A DNA stretch of 64,000 bases from an uncultured delta proteobacterium (GCA_963775425.1 CAVZJB010000017.1:32001-96000), one strand, 5' to 3'; numbered from the stretch's first letter, positions 21,633 through 32,149 are shown. Notes: generated by a model from the sequence alone, not told the origin. Translations and numbers: made by a program.

Positions 21633-21794
21633 CGTGATCCATCGGGATCCGCGTCATCGAGAGCGCCGCGAGTGGCGACGAGGGCTGGCCCGATGGACCG
21701 TTGATCCGAGCCACCCGGAAGGGGACGGTGCTACGGCCACACGGCGGAGCGGAAAGGAGCTCCGGCGGTGGCGACGTTGTCTAGCCTTCGCTGA

Positions 21795-22083
21795 TTCCGA
21801 GCGCCCAAGCTGAAGACCCAGGCCGTGGACGACCTCATCGGCCCCGAGCACCCGGCTCGCCTGATCGACCGTGTGCTCGGTGGGCTCGACTCAAGGCGAC
21901 AAACCTGCTGCAGAACCTCGCGAAGCTCACCGCCTGAAGGCCGCGCCGACGTCGCATCGAGGCACGTCGGCGCGCACACGACCCGCACGAACCCGCCACG
22001 TGCGCTGATAGCGGATCACAACACCGCTCGGACCCGCCGTTTCCTCACAACCTGCAGCGGCTCTTGCGCGCCGACGTGCCTCG
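21795..22083 (+). mobile_element. Probable degraded IS remnant (IS1182/IS5-like transposase N-terminus) with a 19-bp inverted repeat
   Basis: Fragment VDDLIGPEHPARLIDRVLGGLD resembles the DLxPxDHPxRxI start of these transposases; perfect inverted repeat at 21958-21976 and 22065-22083. Confidence 0.45.
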
Positions 22084-22160
22084 CCTCGTACTCCGCGCGG
22101 CGAGCCACCTTGCGGGCGGCTTCGCCGAGTGCTGCTACGAGCCCTGTTTTTCGTCAGCCT

Positions 22161-23990
22161 TCAGGCGAACGACGACGCGTGCATGATCTTGGGTGCGCGC
22201 GTGGGGTCGATCGAAAAGATGAGCGACGAGGCGTCGATCGTGTCGCCGAGGCTCACCGTGCCGCCGCTGCGATCGTGGATGCCCCGGGAGGGGACGAAGT
22301 GGACGACGGTGCCGTCGGGCGCCTGCCACCACCAACGCTCGACGATCCGGTCGCGCTCGGCGGCGCTCAAGCCGTTGGCGTGCGCCACCGCGTCGGCGAA
22401 GCGGTGCAGCGCCGCCAGCCCCGAGCCGCGCACCGAGGGCAGCACGGGCCAGATGTCGTCTTTGCTCTTGATCTCGCCGCTGTCGGCGGCGGCCTTGTTG
22501 GTGGCGAGCTGCCGCGCCTTCACCAGCGCGAGCTTCTGCCGCTCCGGGTTGACCGCGCCCGGGGTGCCGGGCCCGGACACGACGAGGTCGCCCTCGAGGC
22601 CGTGCACCTGGAGCCGCGGCAACGACAGCGCGTCGACGAGCGCGAGCGCGCCCTCGAGCATGTGCGCCGGATCCTCGGCCGCGGCGCGTGGCAGGTGGGG
22701 ATCGAGGTCGGTGCGCGAGAGCCCGCCGTCGAACAGCGAGTCGACGAACGGCGCGACCTCGACCGCGTTGAGCGCCAGCGAGTCGACGTGGCCCTTCAGC
22801 TCCCCCCACACGAGCGCCTCGTTTTCGTGGAGCTTGGGCACCACGTACTGCGCGTGGCGCAGGAGCGCCGGGTTCGCCCGCTTCATGACGTCGAGCCCAC
22901 CGGCGAGCGCGCGCGCCTCCGCGCGGGCGTCGGCGGCGCTGCCCTGCGTCAGGTAGTGAGCGCCGACGAAGAAGAACAGGTCGGTCCTCCTGGCGAGGCG
23001 TGTGAGCGCATCGTCGGAGACGCCGGCGAAGCCGGGGCGGACGTCCTTGGCCCGCGTACCGAGGATGATGCGGCCGGAGCCACCGGTGACCACGGCGACG
23101 TCGCGGCCGTTGATGCGCAGCCGCTCCCTGCCGAGCAGCGGGTAGGCGACGCCGGCGTCGTACTCGGCGCTCGCGTTCTGGCGCGCAGGCTGCTCGCCCA
23201 CCCACGTATGCGCGTCGTGGACGCTGCCGTCGCGCGCGGCGGCGCGCACGCCGGGGGCGAAGCGGTCGGCGATGCCCGGTGGCAGCGGGTCGGCGGAGAA
23301 GAAGGTGGCGTCGACGCCGGCGGCGCACGCGAGGTTGGCCGCGAACGCGCCGGCGCCGCCCATGGCGCGCCGGACCGCGACGCCGCCGCCCGCAAGCGTG
23401 CCGTCGAGCCACGCCGCGAGCTTGGGCTCGAGGGCGAGCTGCTTGGACGCGCCGGCGCCGAGCGCGAGCTGGCGGACGAGAGAGGCGACGAGCTCCACCG
23501 GCGTCCGCGGCCGGTCGAAGGCGACGTCGCCGTGGCCCGGGCCCTCGTCGATGGCCTTCAGGAGCGCCGCGTCGTCGCCGCAGGCGTGCGCGAGGAGATC
23601 GAGCGTCTTTGGATCGAGCGACAGCTTGGCGTCGACGACGCGCGTGAAGCCGAACAGATCGCTTTGCCGGGCGGGGACGAGCGCGGCGGCTTGCTCGGAG
23701 AAGCGCACGGCGCGCTCCATGTCCGCCGCGGAGACGCGGGGGTCCGCGCCCTTGCCGGCGGCCAGCTCGGCGTCCTGCACCTTCTTGGCGACGTCGCCCT
23801 CGATGGAGACGCCGAGCTGGAGCGTGTGTGCCACCAGCTCGCGCGCGGAGGCGCGCTTGGCCTCGGCGGAGAGGGACGGCGGCGGCGTCTTCTGCCACGC
23901 CGTCGTCGCCAGAGGGGGATCCACCAGCGCCTCCGGCGAAGCCGGGCCGGAGGTCTCGACGACCGTCCCGCTCGCTCGCTTCACCCACAT
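22161..23990 (-). CDS. ADP-dependent glucokinase/phosphofructokinase family protein with N-terminal extension
   Basis: FGFTRVVDA, MGGAGAFAAN, NXXE motif (LNAVE), TVSLGDTI (GxGD-like). Confidence 0.78.
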   Translation of the reverse strand: MWVKRASGTVVETSGPASPEALVDPPLATTAWQKTPPPSLSAEAKRASARELVAHTLQLGVSIEGDVAKKVQDAELAAGKGADPRVSAADMERAVRFSEQAAALVPARQSDLFGFTRVVDAKLSLDPKTLDLLAHACGDDAALLKAIDEGPGHGDVAFDRPRTPVELVASLVRQLALGAGASKQLALEPKLAAWLDGTLAGGGVAVRRAMGGAGAFAANLACAAGVDATFFSADPLPPGIADRFAPGVRAAARDGSVHDAHTWVGEQPARQNASAEYDAGVAYPLLGRERLRINGRDVAVVTGGSGRIILGTRAKDVRPGFAGVSDDALTRLARRTDLFFFVGAHYLTQGSAADARAEARALAGGLDVMKRANPALLRHAQYVVPKLHENEALVWGELKGHVDSLALNAVEVAPFVDSLFDGGLSRTDLDPHLPRAAAEDPAHMLEGALALVDALSLPRLQVHGLEGDLVVSGPGTPGAVNPERQKLALVKARQLATNKAAADSGEIKSKDDIWPVLPSVRGSGLAALHRFADAVAHANGLSAAERDRIVERWWWQAPDGTVVHFVPSRGIHDRSGGTVSLGDTIDASSLIFSIDPTRAPKIMHASSFA

Positions 23991-24027
23991 GGAGGCGTCT
24001 CTCCCCGCAACCTTCACCTCGCGAAGT

Positions 24028-24471
24028 CTAGTCGATTTTGATGTCGGTGGACTTCGCGGGCGTCGTCCCCGTCTTCGGCACCAGGACGTTCAGGGTGCCG
24101 TCCTTGTACGTCGCCGTCACCTTGTCTGCGTTGACCGCGCTCGGGAGCGTGAAGCTCCGCTCGAACCGGCCGTAGCTCCGCTCCACGCGGTGCCACTTCT
24201 TGTTCTTCTCCTCCTGCTCCTGGCGCCGCTCCCCGGAGACGGTGAGCACGCCTTCGTCGATGCTGACCTTCACGTCCTCCTTCTTCACGCCGGGCAGCTC
24301 GGCGTGGATGCTGTATGCCTCCGGCGTCTCCGCGATGTCGACGGCGGGCGACCACTCGGTGCGCGTCAACGACTCACGGAACGCGGGTACGAACGGCGCG
24401 GCGAACGCGCTCGCGACACGCCGCTGCATGTCCTCGATCTCACGAAACGGATCCCAGCGAACCAGTGCCAT
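24028..24471 (-). CDS. Small heat-shock protein (Hsp20/alpha-crystallin)
   Basis: MALVRWDPFRE, PAVDIAET, ELPG, ERSYGRFERSF, YKDGTL; AAGGAGG RBS. Confidence 0.95.
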   Translation of the reverse strand: MALVRWDPFREIEDMQRRVASAFAAPFVPAFRESLTRTEWSPAVDIAETPEAYSIHAELPGVKKEDVKVSIDEGVLTVSGERRQEQEEKNKKWHRVERSYGRFERSFTLPSAVNADKVTATYKDGTLNVLVPKTGTTPAKSTDIKID

Positions 24472-24535
24472 GACATCCTCCTTCGCAATGCGCACCGAAG
24501 GCACGCATCGCCCATGCCCGTCCGCTCCCGCGTCA

Positions 24536-25288
24536 TTGCGCCGCCCCCGGGCGCCGGCGCCGGGCGGCTGCGCACACGCCCCCGGCCCGCGGTGCCTTTT
24601 CGCGCTCGCCGCCGCCGTCGTCGTCGTCGTCGCCTCGTCGACGGCGTGCGCGGGCGCGCAGAAGAAGAAGATCAAGCTGCCGCAGGTGGACCCGGGCCAG
24701 GTGCTCATCGACAAGCTCGAGACGCGGCTGATGCGCGCCAGGACGGTGCACATCGTCGCCAGCTCCACGGCGTCGGGCGCGGTGAACGCGGCGCTCGACA
24801 GCGAGCTGTTCCTCGGGGAGGGCCAACGCGCACGGCTTGACGTGCACGGCACGTTCGAGGGACGCCCGGTGACGACGTGGTTCGTGTGCGACGGCGAGTC
24901 GATGCAGGTGCGCGGCCGGGGCGCCGTACCGTCGGCCCCCGAGGTGCGCGACGCCCTCGTCATCGGCCTGGTGCGCATGGGGCTGTTGCACAACGCCGCC
25001 CTCCTCGTCGGCGGCGCCGCCCCCGACCACGCCGCCGGCGGCGTGCGCGGCTGGGTGAAAGCCGAGCGTCCGCGCTCGCGCGAGCCCGCCACGGACATCG
25101 CCTACGACGTCGTCGTGAAGCACGACGTGCTGGGCGAGGCCGTGCTCTCGCTCTCCGCCGAGGAAGAGCCCGTCGCGCGCACGGCGGAGATGCACTTCGA
25201 AGAGGGCGACATGAAGTCCACGGAGAAATTCACCGTCGTCGAGCTCGACGCGCCCGTCGACGACGCCGTCTTCTCGCTGGCGCCCTGA
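24536..25288 (+). CDS. Putative lipoprotein, unknown function (start uncertain)
   Basis: Hydrophobic stretch ending STAC; C-terminal APVDDAVFSL recalls LolA-like folds. Confidence 0.6.
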   Translation: MRRPRAPAPGGCAHAPGPRCLFALAAAVVVVVASSTACAGAQKKKIKLPQVDPGQVLIDKLETRLMRARTVHIVASSTASGAVNAALDSELFLGEGQRARLDVHGTFEGRPVTTWFVCDGESMQVRGRGAVPSAPEVRDALVIGLVRMGLLHNAALLVGGAAPDHAAGGVRGWVKAERPRSREPATDIAYDVVVKHDVLGEAVLSLSAEEEPVARTAEMHFEEGDMKSTEKFTVVELDAPVDDAVFSLAP

Positions 25289-25315
25289 CGGGCTCGCGGC
25301 AGAGACGGCGCGCGC

Positions 25316-26581
25316 TCAGTGCGCCATGTCGCGCCAGGCGCGAGAGAGCGTCTCGCGGTCGTCTGGGTGGGAGATGCCGATGAGGGCGTCGGCGCGCTCG
25401 TGCAGCGTGCGGCCGAACAAGTCCACGGCGCCGTGCTCGGTGACCACCCAGTGCACGTGCGCGCGCGTGGTGACGACGCCGGCGCCGTCCTTGAGGAGCG
25501 GGACGACGCGCGGCTTGCCGTCCCTGGTGCGCGACGGCAACGCGAGGATGGGCTTGCCGTCGGGCGACATGGCGGCGCCGCGGAGGAAGTCCATCTGCCC
25601 TCCGACGCCGGAGATGACGCGGGAGCCCACCGAGTCCGCGCACACCTGCCCGGTGAGGTCGATCTCCACCGCGGAGTTGATGGCCGTGACCTTGGGGTTT
25701 CGCGCGATGACGTTGGGGCTGTTGACGTAGGCACAGTCGAGCAGCGCGATGGCGGGGTTGTCGTCGACGGCGTCGTACAGCGCGGTGCTCCCCACCACGA
25801 AGCTCGCGATGGTCTTTCCCGGGTGGACCTTTTTGCGCGAGTTGTCGACGGCGCCGTTTCTGAGCAGCGGCAGGAGCCCGTCCGAGAACATCTCGCTGTG
25901 CACGCCGAGGTGACGGTGGTCGTGGAGCGCCGCCAGCACCGCGTCGGGGATGGCGCCGATGCCGAGCTGCAGCGTGGCGCCGTCCTCGACGAGGCCGGCC
26001 ACGTGGCGCCCGATGGCGCGCTCCACGTCGGAGAGCGGGCGCGGTGGCAGGTCGGGCAGCGCGTGGTCCACCTCGACGAAGCGCGCGATGCGGTCGACGT
26101 GCACGAAGCCGTCGCCGTGCACGCGCGGCATGCGCGCGTTCACCTCGGCGAGGATGACGTTGGCCGTGTCCACCGCCGCGCGCGTCACGTCCACCGACGT
26201 GCCGAGCGAGCACCAGCCGTGCGCGTCGGGCGGCGAGACCTGCACCAGCGCCACGTCGAGCGGACGGCGCCCGGAGCGGAACAGCGCGGGGATCTCGGAG
26301 AGGAAGCACGGCAGGTAGTCGACGCGCGCGCCGTCCAACCTGCCGCGCATGTTCTCGCCGACGAAGAGGTTGGCGACGCGGAAGCTCGACGCGTTGGCCT
26401 TGTCTGCCCACGACGGCGGCCCGATGGTGTGCAGGTGCAACAGCTCGACGTCGGCGAGCCGCGGCGCCTGCGCCACCAGCGCGTCGAGCAAGCGGCGCGG
26501 CGTGGCCGCCGCCCCGTGCACGAACACGCGATTCCCGCTCTCGACGAGCTCGACGACGTCTTCCGCCGATCCGACCCTCAT
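25316..26581 (-). CDS. Acetyl-CoA hydrolase/4-hydroxybutyrate CoA-transferase family
   Basis: LQLGIGAIP, GVHSEM, INSAVEIDLTGQV, SGVGGQMDF, VVTEHG. Confidence 0.93.
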   Translation of the reverse strand: MRVGSAEDVVELVESGNRVFVHGAAATPRRLLDALVAQAPRLADVELLHLHTIGPPSWADKANASSFRVANLFVGENMRGRLDGARVDYLPCFLSEIPALFRSGRRPLDVALVQVSPPDAHGWCSLGTSVDVTRAAVDTANVILAEVNARMPRVHGDGFVHVDRIARFVEVDHALPDLPPRPLSDVERAIGRHVAGLVEDGATLQLGIGAIPDAVLAALHDHRHLGVHSEMFSDGLLPLLRNGAVDNSRKKVHPGKTIASFVVGSTALYDAVDDNPAIALLDCAYVNSPNVIARNPKVTAINSAVEIDLTGQVCADSVGSRVISGVGGQMDFLRGAAMSPDGKPILALPSRTRDGKPRVVPLLKDGAGVVTTRAHVHWVVTEHGAVDLFGRTLHERADALIGISHPDDRETLSRAWRDMAH

Positions 26582-26612
26582 GCCCTGCTCCTTGCGCGAT
26601 CGCCCGCGGCGT

Positions 26613-27086
26613 TCAGTGGGCGCGGACGATGGTCACGGGGCGCGCCGCTTCCTTGGCCACGCGCTCGGCGACCGAGCCGAGCACGAGGTGCTCGAGCCCC
26701 TTCCTGCCGTGCGTGCCGACGACGATGTGGTCGGCGTCGAGGCGGTCGGCCTCGTCGAGGATGCCCTTGGCGGGGTCCTTGGAGGGGACGACGTCGACGT
26801 CGACCTCGAGCTTCGGGTGCAGCTCCTTGAGGCGCGCGGCGACGCCGGCGAGCTTGTCGCGCAGGGTCTCCTCGAGGTTGTAGGTCTCCTCGCCCCACGC
26901 CTCCTCGGCGCGGAGCACGAGCGCGGGGTGCACGTGCAGGAGGACCACCTTGCCGCCGAGGCGCTCGACGACACGCGCGGCCTCCTCGATGGCGACGTCG
27001 CTGCACGGCGAAAAGTCATGCGCCACGATCCAGGTCTCGACGCGGGCGGGGGTAGAAGTCGGGTTCGAAGAAGAGCTTGCAACCAT
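26613..27086 (-). CDS. Universal stress protein
   Basis: VAHDFSPCS, IVVGTHGRKGLEHLVLGSVAERV; AGGAGG RBS. Confidence 0.92.
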   Translation of the reverse strand: MVASSSSNPTSTPARVETWIVAHDFSPCSDVAIEEAARVVERLGGKVVLLHVHPALVLRAEEAWGEETYNLEETLRDKLAGVAARLKELHPKLEVDVDVVPSKDPAKGILDEADRLDADHIVVGTHGRKGLEHLVLGSVAERVAKEAARPVTIVRAH

Positions 27087-27251
27087 TGGGTGCCTCCTGT
27101 GCCCCCATAAGCGCAAAGGCCGTGCCCGGGTGTTCGTACGGCCCCATGCGGCGTTTCTCGCCCGGCCTGTGTGCGATGTCGCACCCCCTGTGCGATCCCG
27201 CCCGGTTGAAGAACAGGCGGAGGCCGCTCGTCTCGGTCTAGCTTGAACGCC

Positions 27252-28031
27252 ATGCGCCCCCTCGCGCTCCTCCTCCTCGCCGCCGTCGCCTTCGCGAGCG
27301 CACCCGCCGCCGCGCGCGTCCTCGAGCCCGCGCACCAGCGCGTCGAGGCGCCCGTGAGGGTCGCCGTGCTGGTCCCTCCGCCCAAGCACCCGCCCCGCCG
27401 CCGCCCGGCGCCCGATCGACGGACACGGCCCGTCGTGCGCAAGGCGAGCCCCGCCACCGCCGGCCTCGCCGCCGCCGCCGGCGCGGGCGGCGCCGCGCTC
27501 ATCGGCGGCAGCGCCGTCGGCATCTCCGCGCTCGTGCTCCTCGGCGCGTTCGGCACCCCGACGCTGCCGGTGACCGTCACCGCCGCCGTCGTCGCCATCG
27601 CCGTCGGCCTCGCCACGCCCATCCTCGTCGGCATCGCCGGCGGCGGCGCGGTCTTGTTGATGGATCCGCGCACCAAGCCAGGCGAGTGGTCGAGCCTGAT
27701 GCAGTGCGCGACGTCCGGGTGTTGCGTCGGCTTCGACCTCGTCGGCGGGACCGTCCTCGGCGGCGTGTGCGGAAACGCCGCGCCGCAGCTCCCCGGCGGC
27801 AAGATCCCGGGCGTGCCCGGGCCCGACCAGCCGGCCGAGTGGACCGCGGCGGCCGGCATCGGCGGCTTCTTGAGCGGCGCCGTGATCGGCGGCCTGCTCG
27901 GCTGGTCGGTGGCGCCCGCGCCCGACAATCCCTGGGTCCCCATCACCGTCGGCGCCATCGGCGGCAGCGTGCTCGGCGCCGCCGTGCTCGCGGGCGCGGG
28001 CGCGGGGCTCGCCGAGGTCGTCCGCCGCTGA
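27252..28031 (+). CDS. Hypothetical Gly/Ala-rich membrane protein
   Basis: Signal peptide, several Gly-zipper-like hydrophobic segments, Cys cluster. Confidence 0.6.
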   Translation: MRPLALLLLAAVAFASAPAAARVLEPAHQRVEAPVRVAVLVPPPKHPPRRRPAPDRRTRPVVRKASPATAGLAAAAGAGGAALIGGSAVGISALVLLGAFGTPTLPVTVTAAVVAIAVGLATPILVGIAGGGAVLLMDPRTKPGEWSSLMQCATSGCCVGFDLVGGTVLGGVCGNAAPQLPGGKIPGVPGPDQPAEWTAAAGIGGFLSGAVIGGLLGWSVAPAPDNPWVPITVGAIGGSVLGAAVLAGAGAGLAEVVRR

Positions 28032-28076
28032 AGCCCCCACTGGCGCCACGTCGTGGAATGCGGCATGCGCCCCCCC

Positions 28077-29921
28077 ATGCCACCGACGAAGAACGCCGCC
28101 CTCCTCGCCTGGGTCGACTCGGCCCAGAAGCTCTGCAAACCCGAATCCGTCATGTGGTGCGACGGCTCGCAAGCCGAGTACGACAAGCTCTGCGCGCGGA
28201 TGGTGGACGCGGGGACGCTCATCAAGCTGAACCCGGACAAGAGGCCCAACAGCTTCCTCGCGCGCTCGGATCCGAAGGACGTCGCGCGCGTCGAGGACCG
28301 CACCTTCATCTGCTCCGCGAGCCGCATCGACGCCGGCCCCACCAACAACTGGATGGCGCCGGGCGACATGAAGAAGAAGCTGAATGGATTGTTCGACGGC
28401 TGCATGGCGGGCCGCACCATGTACGTGGTGCCGTTCTCCATGGGCCCGCTCGGCTCCCCCATCGCGCACATCGGCGTGCAGATCACGGACTCGCCGTACG
28501 CCGTCGCCAACATGCGCATCATGACGCGCATGGGCCAGGGCGCCCTCGACGTCCTCGGCGCCGACGGCGCCTTCGTCCCCTGCCTGCACTCCGTGGGCAA
28601 GCCGCTCAAGCCCGGCGACAAGGACGTCGTGTGGCCGTGCAACCCCGACAACATCACCATCGCGCACTTCCCGGAGGACCGCGCCATCTGGAGCTTCGGC
28701 TCCGGCTACGGCGGCAACGCGCTGCTCGGCAAGAAGTGCTTCGCGCTGCGCATCGCGAGCGTGATGGGCCGCGACGAGGGGTGGCTCGCCGAGCACATGC
28801 TCATCCTCGGCGTCGAGAACCCGCAGGGTGAAAAGACGTACGTGGGCGCGGCGTTCCCGTCGGCTTGCGGCAAGACCAACTTCGCCATGCTCGTGCCGCC
28901 CAAGGGCTTCGACGGCTGGAAGGTGTGGACCGTCGGCGACGACATCGCCTGGATCAAGCCCGGCAAGGACGGGAAGCTCTACGCCATCAACCCCGAGGCG
29001 GGCTTCTTCGGCGTCGCGCCGGGCACCGGCGTAAAGACCAACCCCAACGCCATGGCCACGCTCACCAAGAACTGCATCTTCACCAACGTCGCCCTCACCG
29101 ACGACGGCGACGTGTGGTGGGAAGGCATGACCGACGACCCGCCGGCGCATTGCATCGACTGGCAGGGCAACGAGTGGACGCCGTCGTCGAAGAGCAAGGC
29201 CGCTCACCCGAACGCGCGCTTCACCGCGCCGGTGTCGCAGTGCCCGTCGGTGGATCCCAAGTGGGAGGACCCCGCCGGCGTGCCCATCAGCGCGTTCATC
29301 TTCGGTGGGCGCATGTCCAGGGACCAGCCGCTGGTCTACCAGGCCTTCAACTGGACCCACGGCGTCTACCTCGCGGCCACCATGGGCTCCGAGGCCACGG
29401 CGGCGGCGGTGGGCCAGGCGGCGATGCGGCGCGACCCGTTCGCGATGCTCCCGTTTTGCGGCTACAACATGGCCGACTACTTCAACCACTGGTTGAACGT
29501 CGGCCGCCGCATCCCCAACCCGCCGCGCATCTTCCGCGTGAACTGGTTCCGCAAGGACCAAAACGGCAAGTTCATCTGGCCGGGCTACGGCGAGAACATG
29601 CGCGTGTTGAAGTGGATCGTCGATCGCGTCACCGGCAAGGGCTACGGCATCGAGAGCCCGCTCGGCTGGATGCCGCGCCACGAGGACATCCACTGGGACG
29701 GCCTGTCCTTCGACAAGGAGAAGTTCCAGGAGCTCATGGCCGTCACGCGCTCGTCGGGCACCGACGAGGCGCACGCCCACGAGGAGCTCTTCGACCGCTT
29801 CTTCGACCGGCTGCCGAAGGAGTTCATCTACGAGCGCGAGCTCCTGCGCTCCCGCCTGTGGCGCTCCCCCGATCGCTGGGAGCTCGTGAGCGACGCCCAG
29901 GCCCTGCCCGGCGGCCTCTGA
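28077..29921 (+). CDS. pckG: Phosphoenolpyruvate carboxykinase (GTP)
   Basis: [48 protein letters not shown]. Confidence 0.97.
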   Translation: MPPTKNAALLAWVDSAQKLCKPESVMWCDGSQAEYDKLCARMVDAGTLIKLNPDKRPNSFLARSDPKDVARVEDRTFICSASRIDAGPTNNWMAPGDMKKKLNGLFDGCMAGRTMYVVPFSMGPLGSPIAHIGVQITDSPYAVANMRIMTRMGQGALDVLGADGAFVPCLHSVGKPLKPGDKDVVWPCNPDNITIAHFPEDRAIWSFGSGYGGNALLGKKCFALRIASVMGRDEGWLAEHMLILGVENPQGEKTYVGAAFPSACGKTNFAMLVPPKGFDGWKVWTVGDDIAWIKPGKDGKLYAINPEAGFFGVAPGTGVKTNPNAMATLTKNCIFTNVALTDDGDVWWEGMTDDPPAHCIDWQGNEWTPSSKSKAAHPNARFTAPVSQCPSVDPKWEDPAGVPISAFIFGGRMSRDQPLVYQAFNWTHGVYLAATMGSEATAAAVGQAAMRRDPFAMLPFCGYNMADYFNHWLNVGRRIPNPPRIFRVNWFRKDQNGKFIWPGYGENMRVLKWIVDRVTGKGYGIESPLGWMPRHEDIHWDGLSFDKEKFQELMAVTRSSGTDEAHAHEELFDRFFDRLPKEFIYERELLRSRLWRSPDRWELVSDAQALPGGL

Positions 29922-29943
29922 TCCCGACGCGGGGCGATGACCG

Positions 29944-31410
29944 TCAGTCGCTCGCCGCCTCGAGCTGCACGGGCCCGGTGAAGCGCCCGTCTTTGAGCGC
30001 CGCGCCGCCCATGTCGACGGGGCTGTCCGGGGGCGCCGGCAGCTTCGTCTTCGCGAGCGCGTCGACGAGACACTTCTTCAGCCTGGCAGGCGCGTCCGGC
30101 TCGAGCACCGTGACCTTCGTCGGGGGCCCGCCTCCCTTGCGAAGCTCCACGCGCACCCAGGCTTGGGAAAGCGAGCCGGCAAACGCACGGCAGCCGTCGC
30201 CGACGCCGTCGAACGCAGACGCGACGCCGCGCTGGAAGGCGAACACGTCGGCGAGCCCGGGAGGGACCTCCCCGCCGTCGTTGTCGACGTCGCCGAGCTC
30301 CAGCACAGGATCCGACACGTCCTGAAGCTCCTGGTCCACCGCCCGCCGCAGCGCCCGGACCTGCTCGCCCTCACCGGGCGCGGGCTTGGCGTAGCGCTCG
30401 CGGTCCGCGGTGAATTCGGCGCGGGCGTCGTCGTCGGGCGCGCGCGCGACCGCCTTGTCGACGGCGGCGAGGGCGCCGCGCACATCGCCGCGCGCGTGGA
30501 GCGCCTCGGCGAGCGCCGCGAAGCCGCGCGACGCCCGCGGCTCGAGCGCGATGAGCCGCCGGGCCGCGCGTTCGGCGGCGTCGACGGCGCCGCCCGCGGC
30601 GGCGACGCCCGCGGCGGTCTCGAGCCTGTCGGCGTCGTTCGCGTTGCCGGCGACGTATGCGTCCAGCGTCCGCCGGACCTCCGCCGGTGACAGCTCGCCG
30701 GAGAGCGCCGCTACCTGCGCCGCGGTCTCTGCGCGAGCGGCTCTCGGATACTTCGTCGCGAACGCCGCCAGCGCCACGACGACGTCGTGGCGGCGCACCG
30801 CACCCGCGCGCTCCCAGGCGGCGTCGGCCGCCACGCCCTGAGCGCCGCTCGCGTCCGCGCGCTCGGCGCGATCGAAAAAGCCGGCGGCGGCGCTCGCCTG
30901 GTGCCGCGACGCATACCAGCGGCCCGCGGCGACGAGCGCGGCGGCGTCGTCGGGCTTCGCGTGCACGCGGGCCAGAACGTCCTGTTCGGTGAGCAACACG
31001 CCCATCGCCCGGCCGACGAACGCGACGAGCTCCGCCACGCTCATCGCGCCCCCCGCCCGCAGCCGCTCGACGCCCGCGCCGTCGACGACGACGAACGTGG
31101 GAAAGGAGCCATCGCCGAAGCGCGCCTCGGCCTCCTTGCCCGGCCCCTCCTCTGCGTCGTAGGAGACGAAGCGCACCTGCGCGAGCGCGCGACGCACCCG
31201 CGGGTCCGGCAGGACGGTCTTCTTCATCTCCTGGCACGGCTCGCACCACGACGTCGACAGCTCGAGCAGGAGCGGCGCGTGCGCCTCCCGCGCCGCGGCG
31301 ATCGCGGCGTCGACGGGAGGCGGGGCTGCGGCCGGCCCCGGCGCTCCGACGGCGAGCCCTCCGGCGGCGAGCGCGGTGTGGACAACGCTGAGTGCGGCGG
31401 CGACGAGCAT
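29944..31410 (-). CDS. Exported thioredoxin-fold plus TPR protein
   Basis: Signal peptide; SWCEPC; FPTFVV; Ala-rich TPR-like helices; TonB_C/AgmX-like C-terminus. Confidence 0.75.
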   Translation of the reverse strand: MLVAAALSVVHTALAAGGLAVGAPGPAAAPPPVDAAIAAAREAHAPLLLELSTSWCEPCQEMKKTVLPDPRVRRALAQVRFVSYDAEEGPGKEAEARFGDGSFPTFVVVDGAGVERLRAGGAMSVAELVAFVGRAMGVLLTEQDVLARVHAKPDDAAALVAAGRWYASRHQASAAAGFFDRAERADASGAQGVAADAAWERAGAVRRHDVVVALAAFATKYPRAARAETAAQVAALSGELSPAEVRRTLDAYVAGNANDADRLETAAGVAAAGGAVDAAERAARRLIALEPRASRGFAALAEALHARGDVRGALAAVDKAVARAPDDDARAEFTADRERYAKPAPGEGEQVRALRRAVDQELQDVSDPVLELGDVDNDGGEVPPGLADVFAFQRGVASAFDGVGDGCRAFAGSLSQAWVRVELRKGGGPPTKVTVLEPDAPARLKKCLVDALAKTKLPAPPDSPVDMGGAALKDGRFTGPVQLEAASD

Positions 31411-31651
31411 GCGACCTCCCTGCGCCCACGGCGACGGGCGAGGCGGGAGGCTGCCATGGAGCCCATCCGTCAGGGTGCGGATTCCGCGCCGGCTTGGCCC
31501 CGGCACAGTCGCTGCGATGCGTCGATCGATCCCGCTCTCGCACGCCCTGCAACACCTCGCGCACCTCGCCGGCGGCGCCCTCGTCGCCCTCGTCGCCCTC
31601 GGCGCCATGCTGGCCGTGGCGGCGGCCACAGCCGGCTGACGGCGTCCCGAC

Positions 31652-32149
31652 TTGTCAGCGATCGACAAGCGCGCGCTCCTCGACGAGCTCATCCGCGACG
31701 TCGCCGCGGCCCTCGAAGCCATGGAGCGCGCGGCCGACGTGGCGCACGCGGCGGCGACGCACGAAGAGATGAAGGCGGAGAACGACAAGGACACGCGCAG
31801 CATCGAGGCGGGCTACCTCGCCGGCGCCCAGTCGGCGCGCGCCGCCGAGCTCCGGCGCACGCTGGCCGCCCTGCGCGCCACCCGCCCGCGCGCGTTCGCC
31901 GACGGCGACGCCGTCGATGCCACTGCCATCGTCGAGCTCGTGGACGACGGCCCACCGGCAAAGAGGCAGCAGGTCTTCGTGTCGCCGCACGGCGGAGGCC
32001 TCAAGGCGCGCGTCGCCGGCGTCGAGGTGCAGGTGGTGACGCCGCGGTCGCCGCTCGGTGACGCGCTGATGGGCAAGCGCGCCGGCGACGTCGTGGAGCT
32101 TCACGCGGGCGGGCGCGTACGCGAGCTCGAGATCGTCTCCGTCACGTGA
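31652..32149 (+). CDS. GreA/GreB-family elongation-factor-like protein
   Basis: KAENDKDTRSIEAGYLA; VVTPRSPLGDALMGKRAGD. Confidence 0.85.
   Translation: MSAIDKRALLDELIRDVAAALEAMERAADVAHAAATHEEMKAENDKDTRSIEAGYLAGAQSARAAELRRTLAALRATRPRAFADGDAVDATAIVELVDDGPPAKRQQVFVSPHGGGLKARVAGVEVQVVTPRSPLGDALMGKRAGDVVELHAGGRVRELEIVSVT

Noticed and set aside
31501-31639. 40-aa hydrophobic sORF (ATG 31517) and an overlapping GG-N10-GC sigma-54-like motif
   Set aside because: No RBS; the promoter-like motif would start transcription downstream of the ATG; neither can be supported alone.
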